Positions 50,909 through 60,483 are shown, counted from the stretch's first letter. The stretch is 64,000 nt of DNA from an uncultured Lachnospiraceae bacterium (GCA_902789735.1 CADAOZ010000007.1:43250-107249), one strand, 5' to 3'. Numbers and translations: made by a program. The notes: generated by a model from the sequence alone, not told the origin.

Positions 50909-51661
50909 CTAATAATCCGGACTGCCGTAAGCCAGCCGTTCATACAGGGCCGCTTCTGTCATGCTGCGGTAGGGTCTGACATAAAAAACGCCCAGAAGGC
51001 CTGCCGTTACGCCGGAGAGGATTTCCCAGCCCAGGAATGACAGATCCAGCAAAAAGGCTTTCCACTTCTGCCCTTCCATCATCAGGGTACTGCGCCGCAG
51101 GACTTCCTCCGGCATAAGATCCGGATGCTCAGCCAGTATATAAGGGACCATCTTATATTTGTAATAGCGGACCAGTCCCGGAACCAGGAACAGCAGGCCC
51201 CACAAAAAGGTATACAGATCCCGCAGGAACATGGTCGTGACGATATTTTTATATCCGTGGTCAAAAGCGAAAGCCGCCTCTGCCACCCTGGCTTCCCGGT
51301 TGAGATTCATCAGCATAAAACGCTGGGCGCCCACCCGCAGCGGGTTGAGCAGGCAGGCCTTTACGATGATCACAAGCAGAAGAGCCAGCATACCCACCGT
51401 AAGGCCGATCAGACCGGTCAGGAGCCAGAAAACAGGATTCCCCGCCATCTGTTCCCCCGTCACATGACCGCCGTTATAGGAAAAAGGGCCCAGATGAAAA
51501 GAGGCAGTGAAGGTATCTTCCGCCTCTTCTGATCCGGACCCGCCGCGGGAAAACGCGCCGATACCGGTCAGCATGATGAGCATGCTGACCAGTACGGTTT
51601 TCCAGTAATTCGCTTTAAATGCTGTTTTTCCTTTTTCTTTCAGTTCCCTGCGCGTCCACAT
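50909..51661 (-). CDS. DUF975-like polytopic membrane protein (paralog 2)
   Basis: Trimmed to MWTRRELKEKGKTAFKANYW. 4-5 TM helices. 35-40% identical to the upstream paralog in the same architecture. Confidence 0.6.
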   Translation of the reverse strand: MWTRRELKEKGKTAFKANYWKTVLVSMLIMLTGIGAFSRGGSGSEEAEDTFTASFHLGPFSYNGGHVTGEQMAGNPVFWLLTGLIGLTVGMLALLLVIIVKACLLNPLRVGAQRFMLMNLNREARVAEAAFAFDHGYKNIVTTMFLRDLYTFLWGLLFLVPGLVRYYKYKMVPYILAEHPDLMPEEVLRRSTLMMEGQKWKAFLLDLSFLGWEILSGVTAGLLGVFYVRPYRSMTEAALYERLAYGSPDY

Positions 51662-51662
51662 G

Positions 51663-52385
51663 TCAGGCATTCTCCATAATCAGCTTCCGATAAAGGGCTG
51701 CTCTTGTCATATCGTGATAGGGATTGGCGTAAAGCACACCGACGATTCCCATTGTGACCGCACTTAAAATGTACCAGCCGATAAATGAAAGGTCAAGAAT
51801 GAAGGCATTCCACTTGCTGCCCTGCATCAGGCGCCTGCTTTCCGCGAAAGCTTCCTGACGGGTGATCGACGGATCATCGGCCAGCAGGTAGGGGATCATC
51901 AGATATTCATAATATTTGACAATGCCCGGAATCACCAGCAGCATGGTCCATAACAGGGTAAACAGGTCTCTGCAGAAAAGGGTCTTGACTCTTTCCAGAT
52001 AACTGTCGCCGAATCCGCCGCCGATACTGGATACCTCCGCCGGCCGGGTCAGATTGATCAGGAAGAACCTTTTGCATCCCAGATCCAGGGGATTCAGGAT
52101 GAAGGCCCTGACCATCAGGCCAATGATTAAGGCCGCGAAGGCGATGGCAGATACCAGCAGACCGATCAGGAAGGTCTCCGGCGTGGCCTGCTGCCCGTAT
52201 TGACCGGCAGCTTCTCCTGCTTCCTGCATGGCACCGGCACCGGCGCCCGAGGAACCGCCGGCCCCGACGGAGCTGCCGCCCGCGCCGGCGATGACCATGG
52301 CGATCAGGGAGACCAGGACGGTCCTCCAGTAATTTGCCTTAAAAGTGTTTCTGCCTGTTTCTTTCAGTTCCGCTCTTGTCCACAT
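51663..52385 (-). CDS. DUF975-like polytopic membrane protein (paralog 1) with a Gly/Ala/Ser-rich loop
   Basis: Trimmed to MWTRAELKETGRNTFKANYW, which has a GGAGGA RBS. Low-complexity loop GAGGSSVGAGGSSGAGAGA. Confidence 0.6.
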   Translation of the reverse strand: MWTRAELKETGRNTFKANYWRTVLVSLIAMVIAGAGGSSVGAGGSSGAGAGAMQEAGEAAGQYGQQATPETFLIGLLVSAIAFAALIIGLMVRAFILNPLDLGCKRFFLINLTRPAEVSSIGGGFGDSYLERVKTLFCRDLFTLLWTMLLVIPGIVKYYEYLMIPYLLADDPSITRQEAFAESRRLMQGSKWNAFILDLSFIGWYILSAVTMGIVGVLYANPYHDMTRAALYRKLIMENA

Positions 52386-52582
52386 AGTTATATCCTCCAT
52401 GGAATAAATCCTTTTTTCTGATATGTTTTGTTTTTCTGAGTTCCGTTTGTTTTGATGTGACTGATTTACTGCCTTGTTTCTGTTTACATCCTGAGGATAA
52501 CGCGCGGACCTTTCCGGGAAACACCAAAAACCTTAACCTTTCCTTAAACAGAACAAAAAAGAAACAAATCAAAAAAGAAACA

Positions 52583-52636
52583 AATCAAAAAAGCGACCGG
52601 CCCGGGCTGCGGGATTGCCGCGGCCCAGGCCGGTCA
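52583..52636 (-). terminator. Rho-independent terminator of the PTS gene
   Basis: On the minus strand: GACCGGCCTGGGCCGCGGCAATCCCGCAGCCCGGGCCGGTC followed by GCTTTTTTGATTTG. Confidence 0.65.
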
Positions 52637-52698
52637 GGGAGGGGATAATATGTTTTTTATCAGAGGATCCTGCTGTTTCAGGACCGCTCCGTCATCCT

Positions 52699-54975
52699 TT
52701 AAGCGAACAGATCATAAATCTCGTCGACGCTCATCTTCAGGATATCTTCCACTGCTTCTTCCGATTCGCAGGCACCGGCGATCTTGCCCAGGGTCTCCAC
52801 ATGGCTGTCGCCTGCGGACGCGACCGCGATGACCAGTTTGACGGTCTCGCCTTCGCCCCAGTCGATGCCGTCGGGGTAGGTAAAGATGGCCAGTCCGGAG
52901 TTGCGGATCTCACCGATGACACTTTCAATACCGTGCGGGATGGCAAGGGAGTTGCCGATGGCCGTATTGAAAACATCTTCCTTGGCGATCATGCCGTCTA
53001 CATACTTCTCGGTTACATAGCCTGTCTCCACCAGGGCATTGCCGATGGCGCGGATGGCTTCTTCCTTTGTCACGGAAGGCAGGTTGGTGCGGATGTTCTT
53101 CTTGATCAGGACACCGCCGTGATAGTCGTCGCTCTCTCCTGTCAGGATATTGCTGTTGACTCTGGCCTGGAGGAATTCTTCGGTGATCTGCTTATATTCG
53201 GGAGCGTCCATGATGTTATCGATGGCGATGATTCTGGAATCGGGCATGCAGTCCGCGATCTGTACCGCGAATTCCTTGGGACAGACGATGTATCTGCTGT
53301 CGGCAGGGATCTCCACGATCTTGCAGTGGGCGACCCGGATATTGGCCAGGCCGTTGGCTTCCAGCATGTTCTGCAGGACCACAGCGCCCATGGCGGAGGA
53401 ACCCATACCTGCGTCACATACGAACATGATCTTGTCTATGGTCCTGAGGTCTACCATTCTGCCGCCGGCCGTTCTTCTTCTGGCCAGGCTTTCTTCCGGC
53501 TGCTGGGGCTGCGGAGCAGGCGCAGGGGCTGCCTTGCGGTTTCCTGCCAGCTCTACTTTGATCAGGGCTTCTGTCAGCTCGTCATATTCAGGGGCTTTCA
53601 TGTAGTTGCTGATGGAAAGATGCTGCTTGCCGGGCTGGGCCGCTTTGGCGGTACCGGTCAGCTTCTCATGGGTGATGATCAGGTCTACATCATCCGGAAT
53701 TCTGGCAATGGCGTAGTTAGTGACTTCGATGGGCAGGCCTGCTGCCTTGATCTTCTTCTTCAGGGCCTGGGCGCTCATGGCCGAGGAGCCCATGCCGGCG
53801 TCACAGCATACCGCGATCTTTCTTACATTGGTCAGATCCAGACCGGCTACGCCCGCGTCGATATCATTGACGACGTCATTCCTGGCTGCGGAGGAACCCA
53901 TGGCTTCTGCGGGGATGACGGATTCACCCATGGTCATGTCGCCGCCGCGTCTGACCTGGATCCGTACAAAAATACTGTTCAGGGCCAGGGAGACCGCCGC
54001 TGAGAGGACGACTGCCAGCAGGACCGCGATCATGCTGTCCTTGGGCGTCAGGGCGATGACAGAGAAGATACTGCCGGGAGAAGGCGTCGCGACAGTACCC
54101 GCGTCAAACAGGGTCAGGGTGCCTGTACCCACGATGCCGGCGGCGATCATGCCGAGGATGGTCACGGGGTTGGACAGTACGTAGGGGAAATATACTTCGT
54201 GGATGCCGCCGAAGAAGTGGATGATGATCATACCGGGCGCGGCTTCCTTCATTTCACCCTTGCCGAAGAACCAGTAAGCCAGGAGCAGTCCCAGGCCGGG
54301 GCCGGGGTTGGGGACCAGCATGAAGAGGGCGGAATGGCCGAACTGTTTGACCTGGTCATAACCGATGGGTCCGAAAATACCGTGGTCAAGCGCGTTGTTG
54401 AGGAAAAGCACCTTGGCGGGCTCTACGAAAATGTGGGAAAGGGGCAGGATGTTGTGGTCCAGCATCCAGTTGACGCCGCCGGTCAGGGCTGTGGATACAG
54501 CATGCATGAGGGGACCGAACACCAGGTAGGCAAAGCAGCACAGGATGGCGCCGATGATACCCAGGGAGAAGTTGTTGACGATCATCTCAAAACCGCCCGG
54601 CACCTTGCCGTCGATGAATTTATCAAATTTGCTGATGACCAGACCGGAGAAAGGTCCCAGGATCATGGCGGCCAGGAACATGGGGGTTCCTTCCACCGCT
54701 ACGATGGCGCCCAGTGTTACGAAAGCGCCAAGGACAGCGCCGCGCTGGCCGCCGACCATCTTACCGCCGGTATAGGCGATCAGGATGGGCAGCAGGTTGT
54801 TCAGTATGGGTGAGATCAGTTTGGCCAGCTCTTCATTGGGGGTCCAGCCCGTGGAAAGGAAGAAGGCGGTGATCAGGCCAAAGCCGATAAAAGCGCCGAT
54901 ATTGGGGATGACCATACCGGCCAGAAACGCGCCGAATTTCTGCAGTTTCTGCGCAACTGTAGTCTTTTCTTTCAT
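52699..54975 (-). CDS. mtlA: PTS mannitol-family transporter EIIC-B-B-A (MtlA-like with a duplicated EIIB domain)
   Basis: Trimmed to MKEKTTVAQKL, which has a GGAGG RBS. The EIIC closely parallels E. coli MtlA (NIGAFIGFGLITAFF, FVEPAKVLFLNNALDHGIF, IIHFFGGIHEVYFPYVL). There are two EIIB motifs (IAVCCDAGMGSSAMSA and IMFVCDAGMGSSAMGA) and a C-terminal EIIA with AIPHG. Confidence 0.9.
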   Translation of the reverse strand: MKEKTTVAQKLQKFGAFLAGMVIPNIGAFIGFGLITAFFLSTGWTPNEELAKLISPILNNLLPILIAYTGGKMVGGQRGAVLGAFVTLGAIVAVEGTPMFLAAMILGPFSGLVISKFDKFIDGKVPGGFEMIVNNFSLGIIGAILCCFAYLVFGPLMHAVSTALTGGVNWMLDHNILPLSHIFVEPAKVLFLNNALDHGIFGPIGYDQVKQFGHSALFMLVPNPGPGLGLLLAYWFFGKGEMKEAAPGMIIIHFFGGIHEVYFPYVLSNPVTILGMIAAGIVGTGTLTLFDAGTVATPSPGSIFSVIALTPKDSMIAVLLAVVLSAAVSLALNSIFVRIQVRRGGDMTMGESVIPAEAMGSSAARNDVVNDIDAGVAGLDLTNVRKIAVCCDAGMGSSAMSAQALKKKIKAAGLPIEVTNYAIARIPDDVDLIITHEKLTGTAKAAQPGKQHLSISNYMKAPEYDELTEALIKVELAGNRKAAPAPAPQPQQPEESLARRRTAGGRMVDLRTIDKIMFVCDAGMGSSAMGAVVLQNMLEANGLANIRVAHCKIVEIPADSRYIVCPKEFAVQIADCMPDSRIIAIDNIMDAPEYKQITEEFLQARVNSNILTGESDDYHGGVLIKKNIRTNLPSVTKEEAIRAIGNALVETGYVTEKYVDGMIAKEDVFNTAIGNSLAIPHGIESVIGEIRNSGLAIFTYPDGIDWGEGETVKLVIAVASAGDSHVETLGKIAGACESEEAVEDILKMSVDEIYDLFA

Positions 54976-55258
54976 GAATACCTCCATATGATCTGTGTGG
55001 ATCTATATACTCCTATATCTCTCGACAAAACCTATTTCTTAATTTTTCTTAAGTTTTTCAAGGTAAAAACAGGGAGCCCAGGCGGATCATATCCGACGAG
55101 GGCTCCCGTTGTCTCCATCCCGGTACCTCTCAGAATGTATATGCGTTTTTTCCTTTTCCCATACCTGACCGGGATTCCGCTGATGCGGCAAGAAGACTCT
55201 TCTTCATCTGCCGGCCGCAGACACTGCCGCGGCGGCGGGTTTATACCGGGAGCCGGGC

Positions 55259-56305
55259 TCAGCCTTCCACTTTCATTGTGAACTGCTCCCAGGGGATATT
55301 GACTTCGGCGCCTTCATTGATGATCGCGTCCACATGCATGAGGAGCGGATAATCCTTCAGAGAAACGACGCCTCTTTCAGCCAGTCTTCTGACGGCTCTG
55401 GCCGTACGGGTCGCGATGACGATGGATTCCAGTGTCACGCCCTGGAGCTCATCCATGGCCTCCTGGAAAGTCAGGCCTCTGCCCAGCAGGGTGCCGATCT
55501 TGCGGGTACGTCCGCCGAATACAGTGACATAGAGGTCACCGGCGCCGTGAATGATATTCTCGGGGCCGCCGCCGATCAGCGCCAGCAGCTGCATCATTTC
55601 CTTGACCCCCTGGCCGAAAAGGGCCGCCTGGGAGTTGTAATGGACCGCGCCGATCTTACCATCCTTTTTCTCAGCCATACCGACCGCCAGGGAAACGCCC
55701 AGGGCATAGGCATTCTTCATGGCGACGGCGCACTCGACACCGGTCACGTCCGTGGACAGGCTGATGTGATAATAGTCTGTGGCCAGAAGGGATTTGATAT
55801 ATTCCAGCGTCTTCATGTCTTTGCCGCAGAAGGCCACATGGCTGTTGTCATGGTCTGCCAGCTCATAGCTGGTGCAGGGACCGCCGATGGCGTTGAAGTT
55901 GATATTTTTACCTGCGGGCTGACGCTGGGCGAAAATGGTCGGATAGGGGACCAGGGTGCCGTCTTCCAGATCGACCATACCCTTGGTGACAGTCAGAAGC
56001 GGGACAGTCTCCGGAAGGACCGGCAGGATCTCATCACAGAACCAGTCCAGGCCGAAGCTGGATACGCCGCCCAGAATCAGGTCCGCGCCCTGCAGAGCCT
56101 CTTCCAGCTCTTCAATCTGATAATATTTGATGCCGTCATGGAGGGTCCGCTTCAGTGTGATATGAAAGTTGTCCTCTCTGAGATGATCAATGATCTCCCT
56201 GTCCAGAGGCGATCCGACCAGGCGGACTTCATGTCCGTTCTCAAAAGCCGGAAATGTGATTGCTGAGTTCATCTGACCTGCGCATACAAAAGTGATAACT
56301 GCCAT
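55259..56305 (-). CDS. GpsA-family NAD(P)-dependent dehydrogenase-like protein with a degenerate dinucleotide-binding fingerprint, cotranscribed with the PTS
   Basis: Trimmed to MAVITFVCAGQMNSA, which has an AAAGGA RBS. It resembles glycerol-3-P dehydrogenase (NGHEVRLVG; ...GDLYVTVFGGRTRKIGTLLGRGLTFQEAMDEL is similar to the GpsA C-terminus). GxGxxG is replaced by AGQMNS. It is not MtlD-like. Confidence 0.6.
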   Translation of the reverse strand: MAVITFVCAGQMNSAITFPAFENGHEVRLVGSPLDREIIDHLREDNFHITLKRTLHDGIKYYQIEELEEALQGADLILGGVSSFGLDWFCDEILPVLPETVPLLTVTKGMVDLEDGTLVPYPTIFAQRQPAGKNINFNAIGGPCTSYELADHDNSHVAFCGKDMKTLEYIKSLLATDYYHISLSTDVTGVECAVAMKNAYALGVSLAVGMAEKKDGKIGAVHYNSQAALFGQGVKEMMQLLALIGGGPENIIHGAGDLYVTVFGGRTRKIGTLLGRGLTFQEAMDELQGVTLESIVIATRTARAVRRLAERGVVSLKDYPLLMHVDAIINEGAEVNIPWEQFTMKVEG

Positions 56306-56826
56306 TTCATTTTTCCTTTCCGCATCGGACTCTGCCGCTGCTGCCGTCGACTGCAGGGGGCCCCTCCTGTGTCTTCGCTGCTGTGTTTTCTGTTCTTGTC
56401 TTGTACTATTTTTACTATATTTTTTCGTATCTGTCAAATCAGAAAACCGCGTAAATATGCGGTTTTCCGGCATTATTTAATTAATCACAATAATTGATTA
56501 ACACCCTCCGGAATCGGCCGGTAAGCGGGAATCAGCTCCTGTCTTCCGGGGTATTCCGCCGCAAACCGCGGTAAATCAGGATTTCTGCCGCCGGCCCCCG
56601 GATCCGGCTTGCGCAAGTTGTTGATCAATGCTATGATGATTAATAATCAATTAAAATTCTGATTAGTAATCGGTCGTTAATCAAAATAAATCAAAACGGT
56701 CAAAAGGTGAAAACAGGCGGCAGAACAATCCGGAAATCGTTCCGGAAAGTTGCTCCAAAGAAAGGCTGGAAGTCCCGGCAGACGTCCGCAGACAGCGGAA
56801 CCGCCGGGCCGGACAGGAGGAAAAAG

Positions 56827-57906
56827 ATGGGTAAAAGAAATAAGGTCACCACAAGAGATCTGGCGGAATATACGGGTATCTCCCAGTCCGCCGTTTCCAT
56901 GATCCTGAGCGGCAGGCCGGGCGTATCCTTCACGGAAGATACCGTCCGTAAAGTGAAAGAAGCCGCGGCGGAGCTGGGCTATCAGAAGCCCCGCAAAAAA
57001 GAGGCGCCCAAAGAAAAGGTCCTCAGGAACGTGATCGTAGTCCTGGGGCCTTCCCTGTCCAACGGCTATTATTCCATGATGGTCCATTCCATCACCAAAC
57101 ATGCCGCGGAGTATGGTTATCAGGTCCTGACCGCCATTACTTTCCGGTCCGCGGAAGCGGAGGACCGGTATTTCGAGCTCCTGAACCGGGCGGAGCTGGC
57201 CGGGATCATCGCCCTGTATCCTCTCAGCAACACCTCTCCCGCCAACCGCCTGGCCAAAGAAATCCCGGTCATCTCCATTGGTGAGAAACAGGAAGGGATC
57301 CGCTACGATTCTGTGGAACTGGACAGCCGCAAGACCGGCTTTCTGGTGGGGGAATACCTGCTGTCTCTGGGCCACCGGAAAGTCCTCTACCTGTCGCCTC
57401 CGGTCCTGAAAAAGGAAATCAGCCGGATCAACCGCCTGGAGGGGGTCCGGGACGCCTTCCGGGAGCAGGGTCTGGATCCGTCCATGGTCCGCCTGGTAAG
57501 TCCCACCAGCACCGCCTACGCCCTGTATCCGGCGGACGAAGCGGAATACAGGAACGGATATGACCTGACTGTCAAAACCATTCAGGACAAAACGGAGGCA
57601 ACTGCCCTGATCGGCCATAATGATATGTCCGCCCTGGGCATCCTGGCAGCCCTGACCGATCTAAAATGCCGGGTCCCCAGAGACTATTCGGTGGTAGGCT
57701 TTGACAACATCCTGCACGCCTCCATGCCCCAGATCGGCCTGACGACCGTGGAGCATTCCTCTGTCCTGAAAGGACAGGCAGCCGTGGAGATGATCTACCG
57801 CAAGAACCAGCGCAGGGAAAAGCAGACCTCCGGCAAATATACCATGCGGGCGGAATATGAACCTCACCTGATCGTCCGCGGCAGCAGCGGCCCGGCCCCG
57901 GTCTGA
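56827..57906 (+). CDS. LacI-family transcriptional regulator
   Basis: Trimmed to MGKRNKVTTRDLAEYTGISQSAVSMIL, which has a GGAGG RBS. HTH plus a periplasmic-binding-protein-like sugar-binding domain. Confidence 0.9.
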   Translation: MGKRNKVTTRDLAEYTGISQSAVSMILSGRPGVSFTEDTVRKVKEAAAELGYQKPRKKEAPKEKVLRNVIVVLGPSLSNGYYSMMVHSITKHAAEYGYQVLTAITFRSAEAEDRYFELLNRAELAGIIALYPLSNTSPANRLAKEIPVISIGEKQEGIRYDSVELDSRKTGFLVGEYLLSLGHRKVLYLSPPVLKKEISRINRLEGVRDAFREQGLDPSMVRLVSPTSTAYALYPADEAEYRNGYDLTVKTIQDKTEATALIGHNDMSALGILAALTDLKCRVPRDYSVVGFDNILHASMPQIGLTTVEHSSVLKGQAAVEMIYRKNQRREKQTSGKYTMRAEYEPHLIVRGSSGPAPV

Positions 57907-57973
57907 AAAACGGCGGGCATGGACATGGGAAAATACAGGTAATAATTCAAAGAACAGGAAGACACACAAAAAA

Positions 57974-58040
57974 CGCCCTTCCCATACAGGACATCACGCG
58001 TTCATTACTGCGGTTCCTCCTGTATACGGGAAGGGCTGTT
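57974..58040. terminator. Bidirectional terminator between the LacI regulator and uracil permease genes
   Basis: CGCCCTTCCCATACAGG ... CCTGTATACGGGAAGGGC: a long-range stem with an A6 run 5' and TGTTTTCATTT 3'. Confidence 0.65.
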
Positions 58041-58072
58041 TTCATTTGGTCTGTTCTATCTGTCCGGACAGA

Positions 58073-59464
58073 TCATCTGTTTTTGGACATTTCGTCCGCC
58101 AGGGTCTCGCCGTGGATCATCTCGAAGCTGACACCGGTCCGGTTGGGCTCGTCCTCTTCGAACTTGTAATCCTTGCCGGGCAGGATGGCGTTGAGGATGA
58201 TACCTACCAGGGAACCTGTGGCCAGTCCTGAGAAAGTGATGGTAATGCTGCCCATGGGGATCACGATGGCGCCTGCTTCGGAGTAGTTAATACCGATGGA
58301 CAGGACCAGGATCAGAGCGGCGATCAGGACGTTCCGGCTCTTGGAGAAGTCTACATTGGTCTCTACGATATTACGGACACCGACTGCGGAAATCATTCCG
58401 TAGAGGATCAGGGAAATACCGCCGACCGTAGCGCTGGGCATGACCTCGATCACAGCCGCGAACTTGGGGAAGAAGGAAAATACGATCGCCAGGACCGCTG
58501 CCAGGCGGATGACCATGGGATCAAAAACTCTGGTCAGGGTCAGGACGCCGGTATTCTCACCATAGGTCGTATTGGCAGGCGCGCCGAACAGGGAAGCGAT
58601 GGTTGTTGCCAGACCGTCGCCTGTCAGCGTGCGGTGCAGGCCGGGATCCTTGATATAGTTGCGGTTGACCGTAGAGGAGATGGCGGAAATATCTCCGATA
58701 TGCTCCATCATGGTCGCGAAGGCGATGGGGACGATGGTGATCACGGAGGTGATCAGCAGGGATGTATCCAGGTTCCCGCCGGTAAAAATGGAGAATACGG
58801 TATGACGGTACACGATCGGGCTGCCGATGACAGGTGCTGTCAGAACAGGCGTCCAGTCTATGATGCCCAGGATCGCCGCGAACAGGTAGGAACCTATCAC
58901 GCCCAGCAGGATGGGGATGATCTTGATCATGCCCCTGCCCCAGATATTGCAGATAATAACGATGGCAATGGCGACCAGGGCGACCGGCCAGTTGCTGGAG
59001 CAGCTGCTGATGGCCGTTACGGACAGGTTCAGGCCGATGGCAATGATGATCGGTCCGGTCACGACCGGCGGGAAGAACTGCATGACCTTACGGGCACCGA
59101 AGGTCCTGAACAGAAGGGCCAGGATCAGATAGACCAGGCCGGCTACCGCTACGCCGAAGCAGGCATAGGGAAGCAGCTCTTCCTCTCCGTTAGGCGCGAT
59201 GGTGAAATAGCCTGCCAGAAAGGCGAAGGAGGAACCCAGAAATGCCGGTACCTTCCTTTTGGTCAGCAGGTGGAAAAGCAGTGTCCCGAGGCCGGCGAAC
59301 AGCAGGGTCGTAGATACACTCAGTCCGGTCAGCAGAGGAACAAGTACTGTCGCGCCGAACATGGCGAACATATGCTGCAGTCCCAGGACCAGGACGCGTC
59401 CCGCGCCCAGCTGTTTCGCGTCATAGATGCCTCTTTCTCCGATGTTGATTCTTTCGTTTTTCAC
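58073..59464 (-). CDS. pyrP: Uracil permease (NCS2 family, PyrP/UraA-like)
   Basis: 463 aa. ERINIGERGIYDAKQLGAGRVLVLGLQHMFAMFGATVLVPLLTG. GTG start with a GGGAGG RBS. Confidence 0.9.
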   Translation of the reverse strand: MKNERINIGERGIYDAKQLGAGRVLVLGLQHMFAMFGATVLVPLLTGLSVSTTLLFAGLGTLLFHLLTKRKVPAFLGSSFAFLAGYFTIAPNGEEELLPYACFGVAVAGLVYLILALLFRTFGARKVMQFFPPVVTGPIIIAIGLNLSVTAISSCSSNWPVALVAIAIVIICNIWGRGMIKIIPILLGVIGSYLFAAILGIIDWTPVLTAPVIGSPIVYRHTVFSIFTGGNLDTSLLITSVITIVPIAFATMMEHIGDISAISSTVNRNYIKDPGLHRTLTGDGLATTIASLFGAPANTTYGENTGVLTLTRVFDPMVIRLAAVLAIVFSFFPKFAAVIEVMPSATVGGISLILYGMISAVGVRNIVETNVDFSKSRNVLIAALILVLSIGINYSEAGAIVIPMGSITITFSGLATGSLVGIILNAILPGKDYKFEEDEPNRTGVSFEMIHGETLADEMSKNR

Positions 59465-59699
59465 TCTCTACCTCCCATAGAAAAAATAGATTACCGCAGA
59501 ACGCAGGTCAAAAGAAAAGCACGCCTGCGGAAAAAACTATCCCCAAACGTGCTCCTGAAATTTTATGTGTATTTCGAAATTACAAGTAAGCGCATTACCA
59601 TGCTATCCTTTCGAACCTGTTCCTGTCAGTTGTCTAATGAGCATTATAGTCTCTCATTTATGATTCATCAAGGAAAAAATCCACAGAAAATATGGCGGC

Positions 59700-60260
59700 T
59701 TACTCTTCGTCCAGCAGATCCACGACTTCATCAGCCTTTTTCTCGAAGGCTTCCTTTGCGGCGCTGACAGCTTCCGCGGCGTCCGCGGCAGCCTCTTCCG
59801 CTGCTTCTTTCGCCTCAGCGGCAGCCTCTTCCACCGCTTCCTTCGTGTCGGCGGCCTTGTCTTCCGCAGCCTCAGCAGCTTCTTCTGCAGCTGCTTTCGC
59901 GGCCCCGGCAGCATCCTCCGCAGCCTCTTTTACTTCTTCCGCAGCCTCCAGAGCTTCTTCCGCGGTCTCCTCCTCGGGCTCTTCCTCGGGATCGAACTCA
60001 TCTTCTTCGTCCCTGTCCAGGTAATCCATTACCTTTTCCGCGGAATCCGCAATGAAGCTGACGATGGTCGTGTAGGTCCTTGTCGCCTTGTTAATGAAGT
60101 TCTCTTTTTCTTCTGTTTTTGCTTCCGCTTCGGGAGCTTCATCATCTATATCCGCCTCCGGGATCTCGGACGCGGCGCTGCGCTCCATAAAATAATAAGC
60201 GGTCGCTGCCGCGACACCGATTGCCGTACATCCGATAAATAACTTAGTCAGTTTACCCAT
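59700..60260 (-). CDS. Small acidic Ala/Glu-rich protein with an N-terminal membrane anchor
   Basis: 186 aa. An N-terminal hydrophobic helix, then (EEAAxAAE)n low-complexity region, pI about 3-4. Confidence 0.5.
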   Translation of the reverse strand: MGKLTKLFIGCTAIGVAAATAYYFMERSAASEIPEADIDDEAPEAEAKTEEKENFINKATRTYTTIVSFIADSAEKVMDYLDRDEEDEFDPEEEPEEETAEEALEAAEEVKEAAEDAAGAAKAAAEEAAEAAEDKAADTKEAVEEAAAEAKEAAEEAAADAAEAVSAAKEAFEKKADEVVDLLDEE

Positions 60261-60483
60261 TTTTTTCCTCCATTCTTATATACAGTATTGTAACTGCACT
60301 AAAATCCATAATACCTTATTTCTTTGAAAATGAAAAGATGCAGACTGCCTACATTCTCAATCTTTTCCCGGTTTTTGTCATGTTCTTTGACGTATTTTCC
60401 ACCGGAGGACACTCCCTGCGGCCGGGAGCAAATCCTCACGTCTTTTATTGAAAAGTCAGTCGCCGCATGCTATATTGATTGGT

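Noticed and set aside
59465-59700. Possible PyrR-binding attenuator upstream of the uracil permease (pyrP) gene
   Set aside because: I searched the leader for the conserved PyrR-binding loop (ARUCCAGAGAGGYU) and did not find it. Only generic hairpins (CGCAGG...CCTGCG) are present.
60448-60483. ORF-track N-terminal extension of the second TetR gene (MKSQSPHAILIG...)
   Set aside because: It starts on TTG inside a TTGAAA-17-TATATT promoter. The first ATG at 60484 lies 7 nt after the -10 element, consistent with a leaderless transcript.
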